A stretch of 64,000 nt of DNA from Chiloscyllium plagiosum (taxonomy: Eukaryota), in contig NC_057754.1 of the NCBI RefSeq assembly GCF_004010195.1, positions 2,541,498 through 2,605,497 of the forward strand, in the 5' to 3' direction. A program made the position numbers and the translations under genes. The notes under the pieces were generated by a model, which was not told where the DNA came from, searched no databases, and saw nothing but the letters and a program-made list of their open reading frames with translations. This document shows positions 24,830-38,593 of this stretch, piece after piece (position 1 is the stretch's first letter; every line of letters begins with the position of its first letter).

Positions 24830-25400
24830 GAAGGTAGACAAGCAGGAGGCTGGAATAACACAGCAAGCCAGGAAGTGAAGACGACAACATTTCAGGTGTA
24901 ACCCTTCTTCAGGGCTAGAGGTGGGTATAAGGGGAGCTGCAGATAAAGATGGGGTGGGGAGAGGAGTGGGGTGGTAGGGTGGGGATAGGTGAACACAAGT
25001 AGAGGGTACGGCCTGGTTGGTTGATGGGAGGAATGAATCCGGTCGAGAGCTGGAAGGATAGGTCAATTAGAGGGATGGAAGGGAGGGGGAAGCAGCTGGG
25101 AAAGGAGGTAGGGGAATGGGAAGGGAAGTTATTTGCAATTGGAGAACTCCGTGTTGAGTCCTCCAGGCTGTAGTCTGCCCACACAGAAGATGAGGTGCTG
25201 TTCCTCCAATTTGCGGTCTGATTCGCTGTGGCAATGGAGGTGGTAGAGGATGGTCACGTCGGTAAGGGAGTGGGAAAGGGAATTAAAATTGGGTAGTGCC
25301 TGGGATGTAGAGAAGACCACATTGGGAGCACCGCTTACAGTAAACTAGATTGGAGGAGAGGCAGGTGAAACTGTGTTTGGGGCCCTGGATGGAGGCGATG
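24830..25400 (-). mobile_element. Penelope-like element 3' fragment
   Basis: HCHSESDRKLEEQHLIFCVGRLQPGGLNTEF (C-terminal part of GIY-YIG), followed by a hammerhead-like CTGAAGAAGGGTTACACCTGAAA. Confidence 0.75.
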
Positions 25401-27365
25401 GGGTGGTGTGCCAACAGGTTTGAGTGGTGGAAACATCTATCGGAACATTAATTGGAGAACTAAGCACCTCCTGCAGTGTTCAGACAGAGCAGCCTTCTGA
25501 GCGGGATCTCCAAGCAGATATCCTTCAGAGCAAGGAATGGGAAACGCTGAAAATCTCGGATAAATTCTGTTGTGACAGAGTTGCGGCTTCAGGGACTTGG
25601 ATAGACTCAAAATAAACAAACATCCTGAGGTGCTGTGCAGGAGTGTTATAAAAATTTGGCATTGGACCACAAAAGGAGACGTAATTTGTGGCGAGTCACT
25701 CACCGCTATTCCTAAAACTGGTCCACCATCGACAAGGAACAGTGTTGGAATACTCCCCACTTACTTGGGCAAGGCAGCTCCAATGCCACTCCAAAAGATT
25801 GACACTATCCAGGACAAAGCAGCCCCCCCCCCCCTGCAACTCTCCCACCGGCTTCAACATTCACTTCTCCCACCACCGATGTACAGTGCCTTCTAAAATC
25901 CCTGGACTCCATCACGTGGGCAGCAGATAGGTGGGAACATCACACCTGCAGTGCCCCTCCAAGCCACACATCTGAATCAGAATGGTTTTGCCACTCCTTT
26001 GCTGTCGCTGGGTCAAAATCCTGCAACTCCCTCCCCAACAGCACCATGAGTGTCCCTTCACCACACAGATTGCAGTGGGGAGTTCAAGTGGCTCCCCACC
26101 AGCTTCTCCAAGGGCAGTTAGGGATAGGCAGTAAATGCTGGCCTTTGATACCCACATCCTCCGAATGAAGTAAAACAGAAAAGGGGCTGAGTCGAAGAGG
26201 TTGGTTATAAGCAGCAGTGTGAAAGAGAGGGGGGTACATTAAGGGGTTAACCTCAGAAGCCAAGGCCAGATTAGAATGTGATAATTAAAGAGGTTTTGTG
26301 ATTAACATAACTGGAGGCTCCACTCCCCTAGAGCCTATTACAGCCTTGATTCTAACCGTTCCTTCCAACACACCCATGCTAAAGATAATTCCGTCAACTT
26401 TTGTTGGTTGGAACAGTCTGGGAGTTTCAGCAATAAAACAAAAATATGGTTCAATACACTCTCTGACTGGGTCAAAGGTTCTCCACACAAAGCAGGAACA
26501 GTTCTGCTTCTGCGAGGATCACTGATCTAAACCACAGCAACAGAGGGAGACCACATACTGGCAGAGATGCAGGACAGTCATGGTCAGAGTCAGAGATGTA
26601 CAGCACTTTGGTTAACTCGTCCATGCCGACCAGATATCTTAACCTAAATCTAGTCCCATTTGCCACCACCTGGCCCGTATCCCTTTAAACCTTTCCTATT
26701 CATATATCCATCCAGACACCTTTTAAATGTTGCAATTGCACCAGCCTCCACTACTTCCTCTGGCAGCTTGTTCCACACACTTACTACCGTCTGTGAAAAA
26801 GTTGCCCCTTCAGTCCCTTTTATATATCTTTCCCTTCTTACACTAAACCCTCAAGTTCTGGAGTCCCCCACCCGAGGGAAAAGACCTTGTCTATTTACCA
26901 TATTCATGCTCCTTCAATGATTTTATAAACCTCAGATCACCCCTCAGCATTCGATGCAAAACTTGCAAACTTGAACCACTGTCCTTCAGGCACCGGATTG
27001 CTCCAATACTCTGCTGCCAAAGTCCACCGTCCTCCAAAGGTTTCAAACTCTCCCAGCATTGCTAAATCAGTCAAAACCCAGTCAGTCAACACCACCCACA
27101 TCACCCTGTACTTGAGAACGTGTTGGCTCCCCAGCCAGCAATTTCTTGATTTTAACTTTGTAAAACCCACTCATTCCCCAGCATTTCTGCAATCTCCCCC
27201 AGCCCCATGAGGCTCAACACACCATGAACCTACAGATCGGATCACAGGCATTCTGCTTCCCCCGTGCAGTGTTAGGATACCCGCAGGGCTGACAGTGAAG
27301 GAGTTACAGATCTTGAACCCAGGTACAGGGGAAGAATGGCAGACACTTTTAAAAGAGTTTGATTA

Positions 27366-27696
27366 TTAGATTAGATTACTTACAGTGTGGAAACAGGCCC
27401 TTCGGCCCAACAAGTTCACACCGCCCGCTGAAGTGCAAACCACCCATACTCCTACCTTTACCCCTTACCTAACACTACGGGCAATTTAGCATGGCCAATT
27501 CACCTGACCTGCACATCTTTGGACAGTGGGAGGAAACCGGAGCACCCGGAGGAAACCCACGCAGACACGGGGAGAATGTGCAAACTCCACACAGTCAGTC
27601 GCCTGAGGCGGGAATTGAACCCGGGTCTCTGGCGCTGTGAGGCAGCAGTGCTAACCACTGTGCCACTGTGCCACCCACTGTGCCACCGTGCCGCCC
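27366..27696 (-). mobile_element. HE1-type V-SINE, well preserved
   Basis: GGGCGGCACGGTGGCACAGTGG...CACACTGTAAGTAATCTAATCTAA. Confidence 0.9.
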
Positions 27697-27951
27697 ACAG
27701 TTTGATGCAGGCTTGGTGGGGATCATGATCTTAACTGGCTCAGTGTCAAATGCTGTTTCTTGCCAATTAAATGCCTCAAGACATTTTACCATGTTAAAGA
27801 TGGCACATAAAGGCAAGTTATTGACTGCACAAATCTCAGAATATTCAAACCAAACATTCCTTGTTAACAATCATTTTGACAACAGACTGCGACGTAGCCT
27901 GCTGTTCACGATCTGCAAGTTTTCTAAAGCACTCTTACCCCCTACACTCAC

Positions 27952-28068
27952 CTGTGATGAGAACAACTCGATGGCGTTGAGAGGTCACAAAATCCTGCTC
28001 AAAGTGTGACACTTTTATACTTCCTTATCATGGGACCAGATTGTCACATGACATTATAGTTATGCAAT
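27952..28068 (-). promoter_or_regulatory. Probable promoter and non-coding first exon of the ependymin-like gene
   Basis: TATAAAA (28013-28019, minus), followed about 60 nt later by donor CAG|GTGAGT at 27951. Adjacent motifs: TGATAAG (GATA), GTCATGTGAC (M-box, 28043-28052) and ATTGCATAA (C/EBP-like, 28060-28068). Confidence 0.6.
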
Positions 28069-29554
28069 CGGATACAAAGGCAACCAATTAACTGATGTAT
28101 TAACCTCAAAAGGCAGTGTGATATCAGGTTTGCGCTGTCACCTCACCCATGATTATTGAATGAGTCTGGTTTTTGAAGGGCAGGTGGGGAAGAAGGGAGG
28201 TTGCTCAAGACTGGGAGAAACTGCTAAATGCTCAATCTCAGCAACTTTGCCTTTATTAAATATTTACTGAATAATGTGTATCAAACTTAAACATTGGAGT
28301 TAGCCTGCGATACCACTTTAGATTATGTAAACACCGTGGAAATCGGTTTTAACTGGGTTCTATACACTTCAGCTTCCAAGGGAGGGCATTTTTCACTTCA
28401 GCAGCAAATTTTGATAATTTGAAAAATTGAGTTTCTTATTAATGCAGTCTAGCCAAACTTTTTTTGACCTCAGTATCCTCAATAGCAGATATCCACTATT
28501 TTGCATTATACCCTATCCCACTGAACAGCTGCTGTCAGATATTTCTCTATCTGAATGGCTGCCATGTATTTTGGGAGGTGGTGTTGGGGAAATCAGGAGA
28601 AAAAAAGTGTACTGAACAACCTGGGCAGGGAATATTTTGTCAGATAACATTGTTCAGATAATGGATAGTTTTTATTTTAAAAACCAAGACCTTGAGATCT
28701 CAATCAGATAATCTGAAATTCAGACAATTGAGGTTTTACGGTAGTTCACATGTGGACTCCCATTGTGACCAAACGGGGGCACATTTGTGCACATGAACAT
28801 GCACTGCTGGGATTCACTACAAGCAGGGATCCCAACTCCAGATAAATATCATAGGGAATCGGCAAGAATACCAGAGTGCTCCTAAACCCAGCTGGATCAC
28901 AAACGTGATGGGCCAAATAGTCTTCCACTTGTACATCTTGTGACCTGTGAATATTGTTGAGGGAAGGAAATCTGAGCCCTTTTCACAGACTGGCCTACAT
29001 GTGACACCACATACACAGCAATGTGGTGGACTTTGAACTGCCCTCTGAAATTAGGGATTAGGGGTTCGCAAGCAGTGGCCCTGTCAGCAACATGCACATC
29101 AGAATCAGATGTACAGCACAGAAACAGACCCTTTGGTCCAACATGCCTATGCTGACCAGATATCCCAATCTAATCTAGTCTCATTTTCCAGCATTGAGTC
29201 CATGCCCATCTAAACCCTTCCTATTCATATACCCATCCAGGTGCCTTTTAAATGCTGTTGTACCATCCTCCCCTACTTCCTCTGACAGCTCATTCCATGC
29301 ATGCACAATGATTCCCATATTCCTGCAAATCTCAAGTGTTTATACAATTCCCTTCGAAAGCAGAATAGAGGAGCACAGTAGCCCATTCAGCCCTTCAAGC
29401 CTGATCCACTAAAACACGTGGACCTGATGGGCTGCATGGCCTTACGTCCACTAGTGTGTTAAGATCTTATGATCATGACTGATCCTGATGTGGAGGTGCT
29501 CATGTTAGGACTGGCATGGACAAGGTCAGAAGTCACACAACACCAGGTTATAGA

Positions 29555-29960
29555 CAGAGGTTGAACAGGCTGGCCCCAACCCCAGAGCATGGGAGGCTGA
29601 GCGGTGACCTTTAGATGTTTATAAAATCAGGAGACCCTTGATAGGGTGAATAGCAGAGGCATTTTTCCTCAGGGTAGGGGAGCCCAAAACTGGAAGGCAT
29701 AGGTTTAAGGGAAAGATTTGAAAAGGACTGGGGATAACTTTTCAGAGGCTGATGTGTGGATGGAATGAGCTGCCAGAGGTAGTGGTGGAAGCTCGTGCAA
29801 TTACAGTACTTAAATGGCATCCAGATTGGTATTTGAATATGAAGGGTTTAAGAGGGCTATTGGGCAGAATGTTCGCAAATGGGACTAGATTAATTTAGGA
29901 TATCTGGCGAGAATGGCTGAGTTAGACCAAGGGATCTGTTTCCATGCTGTACAACTAACA
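29555..29960 (+). mobile_element. CR1/HER1 LINE 3' fragment
   Basis: Recurrent LINE tail. Confidence 0.75.
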
Positions 29961-30654
29961 GTATTTATTATACTGTAACAAGTGTATTTATTATACTGTA
30001 ACAACTGTAAGTAATCTAATCTAAAAAAAAAAGTGTCATTTAGATTAGGACTTAAGATCATTCAAAATAGTAATGGGGTAAATAACTTGCCTTCTCAAGC
30101 CTGCTCCACCATTCAATTGGATCAGTCCTCATACCTACTTTTCCTACATTTCCCATAACCCTCAATTCCCCAGCTGATTAAGAATCTCTCAGCCTTGAAA
30201 TATTAGGACTGCCCCCACAGCTGGGGCCAGGAGTCCCAACAACTCAACAAGAAATTCTTCCTCATCTCAGTTACTTGGTGTCCCTTTATTCTGAGACAAT
30301 GCCGTCCAGAGACCATGAGGGGGAAATATTCTCTCAGCAGTCACCCTGTCAAGCCCCTTAAGAATCTCATGTTTCAAGGAGATCACCTCACTGAAGTTTA
30401 GAAAAATGAGTAGTGTCCCAATCTGTTTAGACTTGGAGGGGCATTTGGCCTTTGTAAATTGAACAATGTCCCCACTATCTTCCCCAGTGACTCAAAAGCT
30501 TGTTTCTCAACTTGAAGCCTTAGGATATAAACCACAGCTCAAGATAGAGATTCTACAATTTTAAACAAGGTAACAGTTTTGATCACCCTACTTGGATCAC
30601 CATTCGATAGAGGCAATAATGCCAGACACAGACATGCATGTTCATCTGCCAATA

Positions 30655-30660
30655 TTTATT
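30655..30660 (-). terminator. Probable polyadenylation signal of the Speedy gene
   Basis: AATAAA on the minus strand about 305 nt after the predicted stop, in AU-rich non-repeat sequence. Confidence 0.55.
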
Positions 30661-30965
30661 CTATACATTAATCATTTTCACAGCAATAAATATACATTCA
30701 ATTGCAAACAAATGTCTTAACATTTGAGTGTAACCATTTAAAGTTCAGTTGCTAACAACTCCCTTCCTGGCCTCAGTCTCACAAGGGGGAGGGGGCTGGC
30801 AGCCAGACAGGGGGAAAAAAATCATAAAGTGCATCAGATCATAAAAATGCTCAACAGGGTTAAGTAATAGAAACACCAGTGCTGGCATGTGTCAAATCTA
30901 AAAGGTCCAGCTGTAGGCAGGCACACCGGTCACCACTCTACATGCACCAGCTGTAATCTTGTCCA

Positions 30966-30991
30966 TCAGGTGTGGTACTGACCAAAGCTTC
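30966..30991 (-). CDS. SPDYC: Speedy/RINGO protein, probable last coding exon
   Basis: gtttctgttagtcctacag|GA AGC TTT GGT CAG TAC CAC ACC TGA. Phase 1 matches the upstream donor, and UTR-like sequence with AATAAA follows. There is no homology support for these few residues. Confidence 0.55.
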
Positions 30992-31494
30992 CTGTAGGAC
31001 TAACAGAAACAAGTCAATATAACACAGCATTGTCCTTTGTGGCCCCCTTCCAAAATACAGGCTGTGATGTCCAATTTCCCGATTTTAAATCAAGATCAGC
31101 AAACACACCCAAAGCCTTATCTTGAGGAAGCATATGAAGAGGTGATATAAAACACTGGGTACCATACAATTCAACTGAAAACCAGGCAGATCATTTAGAA
31201 ACTAAGATCGCTGCATTTCAAAAACAAATCCAAGAACCCTGGTGTGGAGCCAGGATATTTGGCCCATTGGGTCCATACCAACCCTCTGAAGAGCATTCCA
31301 CCCAGACACTCACCTGTTCTAACCCTGTAACCTTCCATTTCCACCCAGCCTGCACATCTTTGGGCTGTGGGAGGAAATAAGAGCACTTGGAGGAAACCCA
31401 CAGACAGAAACGTGCAAGCTGCACATCACCCAGGGGTGGGATGAAACGGTCCCAAGCTGTGAGGCAGTAGTGCCAAGTCACTTAGCTGCCCAAA

Positions 31495-32140
31495 ACCCTT
31501 TAAATCCCTCCTATGCATATACCCATCCAGATGCCTTTTAAATGGAATCATTGTACCAGCCTCCACACCTCCTCTAGCAGCTCATCCATACACGTACCAC
31601 CCTCTGCATGGAAGAGTTGCCCTTTAGGTCCCTTGGTCTTTCCTCTTTCACCTTAATCCTATTCCCTCTAGTTTTAGACTCCCCCACCCCAGGGAAAAGA
31701 CCTTGTCTATCTACCCTATCATTGCTGCCTCAAGATTTTAAAAGCTTTAAGGTCACCCCTCAGCCTCCAACATTCCAGGGAAAACAGCGCCAGTCTGTTC
31801 AGTCTCTCCCTGTAGCTCAAACCCTCCAACCCTGGCAACATCCTTGTAAATCTTTCCTGAACCCTTTCAAGTTTCACAACATCTTTCCGATAGGAAGGAG
31901 ACCAGAATTGCACGCAATATTCCAACAGTGGCCTACCGAATGTCCTGTACAACCACAACATTACCTCCCAACTTCTGTACTCAATACTCTGACCAATAAA
32001 GGAAAGCATACCAAACACCTTCACTATCCTATCTACCTGCGACTCCACTTTCAAGAAGCTATGAACCTGCATTCCAAGGTCTCTTTGCTCAACAACACTC
32101 CCCAGGACCTTACCATTAAGTGTACAAGTCCTGCTAAGGA
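31495..32140 (-). mobile_element. CR1/HER1 LINE 3' fragment
   Basis: LYRTFGRPLLEYCVQFWSPSYRKDVVKLERVQERFTRMLPGL. Confidence 0.88.
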
Positions 32141-32559
32141 CGCTGTAAACATTGTTACTGATCTTACAATTATACTTTTGCAGTCATCTCTATTCCCTGT
32201 GATGTTTAAAAAGGTCACATCTGGATGATCGTTCTACAATAGCATATATAATTGCCAAAAGCCTTTGATGGTTAAAAAGTAAAACAAAAATCTAAAAGTA
32301 CTTGATAACCAAAAAGCAGTATTAAGCAATCCAATTCTAGTACCAACATTCAAAGTGAATATATAAAGCCTTACAAGGCAGATGTGAGAAAAAATGCCAG
32401 AACAAACCACGTTGCAAGGATCTGACCACGAGAAATAATGAGGGAACAGCAAACATACTGGAGGTCAACAATTGGACTGGCAAGAGAGATAGTCAAGGGA
32501 GAAGAGGCACTTGTGTTTGAAAAAGGTTGGATGAGGGGCAGCTGACTAAGGAGAACCAA

Positions 32560-33010
32560 AGGGAGAAAGTGAGGACTGCAGATGCTGGAGATTAGAGCCA
32601 GAGTGGGGTGCTGGAAAAGCACAGGTCAGACAGCCTCCGAAGAGCAGGAGAATTGACATTTCGGGAAGGAGCCCTTCATCAGGAATGAGGCTTGTGGGCG
32701 GAGGGGGGGGGGAAATAGACAGATCAAAAGGGGTGGGAGGAAAGTAGCTGAGTGCGCAATAGGTAGACAGAGTTGTGGGTAATGGTGATAGGTCAGAGAG
32801 TAGAGTGGAGCAGATAAGTGAGAAGGAAGATGGATAAGTATGACAGTTGATGAGAGCAGAACCAACCTGGAAGGTTGGGACTGGGATGTCTGTCTGTAAA
32901 ATGAGGAAACAAGTGAAGGCCTTACTGATGCCACGTGGGTGGACACACACACACACACACACACACCTTGGGAGGATGAGTTAAAGTGTTTGGCCACAGG
33001 GCAGTGGGGT
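32560..33010 (-). mobile_element. Penelope-like element 3' fragment with a hammerhead-like core
   Basis: PVAKHFNS remnant; CTGATGAAGGGCTCCTTCCCGAAATGTC on the minus strand near 32655-32683. Confidence 0.7.
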
Positions 33011-34789
33011 TGGAAAACCAAGGTGCAGTCAATTAGTGAGACTTTAGCTAACAGGGATTAACAGTTAGTGGACTGGAGTGACCTTATTGCTGGATTGGTA
33101 ACCCAAGATAACAATTGCAAAAGCTGGAAATCTGAAACACCCAGAAGGTGCTGGAGAGACTCCAGTTTCACAGCATCTTTGAGAGAAGCAGAGGTAACTG
33201 AGTCCAGCAACCCTTCACCAGAACTCAACTCTGACAAGGGTTACAGACCCAGATGTTAACCCCTTGCTTCGCTCTATGAATACTACCAGACCTACTGAGT
33301 TCCTCCAGCACTTCCTAGTTGTATTTTAATTATCCAGAGACTCAGGTAATGCTCCGAGACCACTTTTGAACCCCACCATGGCAGATGGAGGAATTTGTTT
33401 TACATTTTAAAAAGATCACAGTAGAAAAAAGGTCCACTGACAACAATGGAACCATCAAAAAAGTTCATTAAATGTCCTTCAGGGCAGGGAATCTACCACC
33501 CTTACTCAGTCTGGCCTACATATACCTCCAGACTCTCAAATATGATAGACTCTTAACTTCAGGCTTTTTGAAATGGTTTGTTTCAACCAAAATCCCAACA
33601 GACCACATGCCTAAAAACTACGAACATCCCTGCCAAACCTGAAAAGTCCTTATTAACATCTGGGGGCTAGTGCCAAAGCTGACAGGATCATCTCAGTAGT
33701 TAAGCTATAGCAGGACATGTGATGTCAAGTTCAATTCCACATCCTCTGGTTCGGTCCTAGCCCAATGGAAGGATCAGTCTAGCAGAGCTAGACTGGCAGC
33801 ACAGTACTGTACATACAGTTAGGAAGGAATTCTCAACATTGATCTTACTGAAATATTTCACAGCAGGACAAACATGGACATGGGAAAATCCACACTGAGG
33901 ATACCCTCCATCAGGTTGGATGGTGCTATCATTCAGAATGGGATAGATTTCAAACAGATCAAGCAACTTGACTGGGAAGCAGATCTGCAGTCCAACAGCG
34001 TATCCCCCCCACTCTACAATTACCATCAAGCAAGAGATCAAATCTGGTTCAAAAGGAGAGTGCAGAGGGCATGCCAGGAGTCACACTAGGTACACTGAAA
34101 AATGTGGTGTCAACCTGGTGAAGCTGATCAGATTTGCTTGTGTGCCAGACAGTATAAACAGCAAGCGAAAGAATCAAACCCTACATGATCAAGTCAAAGT
34201 TCAGCAGTCACATCCAGCCATGAAACAGCTCCCGGGAGGTGGTGGCCCCACAAATATCCCCATCCCTTAGAGGGAAGTCCAACACATCAATGCTAAAGAC
34301 TGAACTGAAGCATTACGATCAGAACAACCAGAAATATCAAAATTATCTCAACCTCCTGGAGCTCTCCAGTATCTCAGATGCCAACTCAATTCACTCCACA
34401 TAATATCAACATACAGCTGACAACACTGGATACTGCATAGGTTATGTATGACCCTGACAGTACTTCCAGCAACAGTAATCAAAGTTGGCTTTCCAGAACA
34501 TGCTGCTCCCCAGGCTGAGCTATTCCAATACAGCTACAGGACTAGCATCCAACCCAGGCAAATTATTGCCCAGTCTAATCGGAGTCACTCACAAGGTGAT
34601 GGGAGAGGTCATTCAATGCTTAGTATCAGGCTCACTGACCCCTAGTTTGGGTTCTGCCTGACTTTGTTATAGCCTTGGCCTAAGCATCAATGAGAGACCT
34701 CAACTCCACAGGAGAGTTGAAAAGAATTTGTATGGACATAAAGGTTGTATCTGACTGGCTGTGGCATTAAGGGGCCAGACCAAAAATAG

Positions 34790-36985
34790 CGTCAAGAGTG
34801 TGGTGTTGGATGAACAGAGCAGGTCAGCAGCACCTATGGAGCAGGAGAATCGAAGTTTCAGGCATCGGCCCTTCATCAGGAATGAGGCTTATCAGCTGAA
34901 ATGGGTAGGGAGATAAATGGAATGGGTGAGGCAAGGGGAGGGAAGAGGAGGTAGCTGGAACTGCAATAGGTAGATGGAGGTGGGGGTGAAGGTGCTGGGT
35001 CTGCGAGGATGGTGGAGCAGATCAGTGGGAAGGAAGATGGACAGGACAGGACAGAACATGAGCTGTACCAACTTGGAAGGTTGAATCTGGGATAAGGTGG
35101 GGGAAGGGGAAATGAAACTGGTGAAATCTACATTGATGCCCTGGGGTTGGAGGGTCCCAAGGCTGAAGATAAGGTTCTCCCTCCAGGCATCAGGGGGCGA
35201 GGGTTTGGTAATAGAAAAGGCCCAGTCCCTTCACACCCTAGGCTGAGTGGGAGGGGGAGTTAAAAAAGTGTTCAGCCATAGGGCGGCGGGGTTGCTTTGT
35301 GCATGTCTCGGAGATGTCCTTTGAAGCATTTTGCAAGTAGGCGTCCTGTCTCCCCAGTGTAAAAATGACGGCATCAGGAGCAACAGATATACTAAGCGAC
35401 CCGTGTGGAAGTGTAGGTAAATCATTGATGGATGTGGAAGGCTCCTTTGGGACCCTGGACAGAGGTGAGGGAGCAGGTTTCAATTCTGGTGGTGGCAGGG
35501 GAAGGTGTTGAAGGGAAGGATGGATTGGTGGGGGTCTTGGACCTAGGGTGTTATGGACTAGGCCAGACCACTCAGAACATTAAGCAGGCAGCCCCAGATC
35601 ATAGCTTTGCAATTTGTTTTGATAAGTGTACACTGAAGGTTACCTGGGAGTGAGAGAGCTAGGTTGACTACTAGATATTACAAATTTATTCACAAAATTA
35701 CACAATGAAACAGAACAGAATGAAGAACCAACAGAACTCAGTGCACCCAAACTAGACTCAATTATACTGTCCCGAACATACAGTCCCAATAAGGAAACTC
35801 CCTTTAAAACCAGTATAAATGAACACATGCTCACGGGTTGAAGTTGAAGGGCAGAAAAAGTTTCCACACAGCTCCCTGTTGAACTTCCCAGGTCAAGACC
35901 CATGTAAAACTGCTCAGCCCAGAGAGCAGACCACCTCCCTTTCATTATACGGGTCACTTCTAAAACATGACCACTTTGGCCTGAAGTCTCATCTGTTTAC
36001 ATATAAACAAAAGGCCTCAATCTTTTTCAGCTGTCCCAAGCCAAGCTGGTCTGAGCCTGGCCCAATTTATTTACCCTCTGAAAAAAAAGATCAAGGACAG
36101 AGTCACCTCGAGCTAAGGAACAGCTTTTTGAAAAACAAGTGACTAGCTTTGTGACAAGAGTTGTGGAGCGAATGGTCTTTACAGACTAGAGATAGGGGTG
36201 GGAAAGGAAATATATTCTTTATGGAATGCAGATCATTCCCTCCATGATTCTTGTCAGATCCATGCCCTCCACCATCCCTCCCACTGCGAGAAATGCAAAA
36301 TCAGCGTCCACACCTCCTTCATACCTACGTCCAAGGCCACAAAGGAACATTCCACATCCATCAGCTATTTACCTGCATTTCCACACAACTTATTGTACCA
36401 TTGCTCCCGATGCAGTCTCTACATTGGAGACAGGACATGTACTTGCAGAATACTTCAGAGAACATCTTCAGGACATACATGAAACAACCCCACCACCCCA
36501 TGGCCAAACACCAACTCCCCTCCCACTATCCCAAGGACTTGCAGTGTGAGGCCTCCTCCATTGCCAAACCTTAATTACCTGACACCTGCAGGAAGAACGT
36601 CTTATTTTCTGCCTTGGGACCTTCATACCACACGAGATTAATGTAGATTTCACCAGTTTCCTCATTGCCCCTTCACCCAACCTTATCCCAGATCCAACCT
36701 TCCAACTCAGCACCACCCTCCTGACCTGCCCATCTTCCTTCCCACCTACTTGCTCAACCCTTACCTCCACCTTCATGCACCTATTACATGCTTAGCTACC
36801 ATCCCCTAGCCCCACCCTCTCCGTTTTATCTCTCTAGCCCTTGGCTCAAGCCTCATTCCTGATGAAGTGCTCTGGCCTGAAACGTCGATTCTCCTGCTCC
36901 TCGGATGCTGCCTGACCTGCTGTGCTTTTCCAGCAACACTCTTCGACTCGGATCTCCAGCATCTGCAGTCCTCACTTTCTCCTAG
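34790..36985. mobile_element. Inverted pair of Penelope-like fragments (minus 34790 to about 36230, plus about 36235-36985)
   Basis: GIY-YIG remnants on both strands (for example YHCSRCSLYIG / LAEYFREHL), with hammerhead-like cores near both outer ends (about 34855-34880 and 36859-36885). Confidence 0.75.
35549..36156 (-). mobile_element. Probable solo LTR inserted into the Penelope fragment
   Basis: TGTTAT...GTGACA termini, 608 bp, imperfect 4-bp flanks AGGG/AGAG, AATAAA on the minus strand; the host element resumes after it. Confidence 0.6.
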
Positions 36986-38593
36986 ACAAAAAATAGAGTC
37001 ATGGCAATCTGGAGGAAAACCCTTTGGATTAGACTCAAAGCACAAGGAAGATTTGTTTTGGTGATGGTCTTCTTAGCCCCAACTTGGAAGGGTGTTACTG
37101 GGACTGGAGTTGTAAAGAGAGGCTGAGTAAGCTGGGACATTTTTCACTAGAGGGGTTTGAGGAGTTAAAAGGAGTGATGTTAAGATGTTATAAAATCATG
37201 AGGAGCATCGATAAGATGCATAGCAAAAAAAGCTCTTCACTACAGTAGGGGACTTCAAAACTACAGGGCATAGGTTTAAGCAGAAAGGAAAGACAAAGGA
37301 CCCTAAGGAGTAACTTTTTCCAGAGTGGTTTGCATATGGAATGAACTGCCAGAGCAAGTGGTTGATGCAGGTACAGTTACAACATTTGAGACCTTTGGAC
37401 TGGTACAAAGATAGGAACAGTTTAGAAGGATGCGGGCCAGGTGGGACTGGCTTGGTTTCAAAACCTGGTCAGCATGGACAAGTTGGACGGAAGGGTCTGT
37501 TTGACTGACATCTCTGCAGGTGTTCCTTATTGGCATGTCCTGGGCTCAAATCATCTTCAGCTGCTTCAATGGCTTTCCCACCATAAGAATCAGAAGTGGG
37601 GATGGTCAGTGATGGCTATAAAGTGTTCAGTACCATTTGCGACTCCTCATATTGAAACAGTCCATAACCACATGTAGCAAGGCACTGACATATCCAGCCT
37701 TGGATTGGCAAGTACTTTGATTGCCATGAGAGACAGGAAAGAGAATCTAATCAAACACTTGACATTCAAAGGTATTACCATTGCTCAATCCCACTGACAA
37801 TATGCTGGGGATTACCATTGACCAGCCATACAAATACTGTAGCTAAAGGAATGAGGAATTTGACCAACTAGCTAACCTCCTGACCCTAAAAAGGTCAGTC
37901 CACTATTTTTACAAGGTATAAGCCAAAAATTGTGATGGAATATTTCCTACTTCCCTGGATGCGAAGCTTGACACCATTCATATAAAACAGAACACTTGAT
38001 TAGCACCACATTCACTCCATCCACCATTGAAGCATGGTAGCAGCACATATCATTGAAAAGGTGCAATGCTGCAGAAAATCACCAATATTCCTTAAATCAG
38101 TGATTTCCAAACCCACAACTTCTACCACCTAGAAGGACAAGGGCAGCACATACACGTGAACACCACCCCCTGCCATCTCAGACTCTCCAACCTGAGAAAA
38201 CATCCAGGCATGTTCCTTTAGTGTTGCAGGAGCAAAGTCCTGGAACTTCATCCCTAACAGCATTGTCTGTTCCTGCACCAGATCAACACAGCAGTTCATC
38301 ACCACCTTAAAGGCAATAACAATGGCCCAGCTATCAAAGATTAGATTCCATGAGAAAGCACAATGGCTGACTGCTTGGTCACCAAGTTGACGTCTAGATT
38401 TGGTGTCTCACGCGATATATTTTAACTGCACATGCTATGTTGCTCCATGGGTTGAGTAATCTCATTCCTTTGAGCTAAAAGCTTCCTGACACGAGTGATC
38501 AATCTTATCCACAATCATCATTCAGCTAGTGTCTTGGTTACAGACATCCCCTTTAAAAAAACAAGCCAACCCCAGAGCTCAGTGAGGCCATAC

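Noticed and set aside
31608-32228. 206-aa ORF on the plus strand
   Set aside because: Antisense reading of a CR1 LINE fragment.
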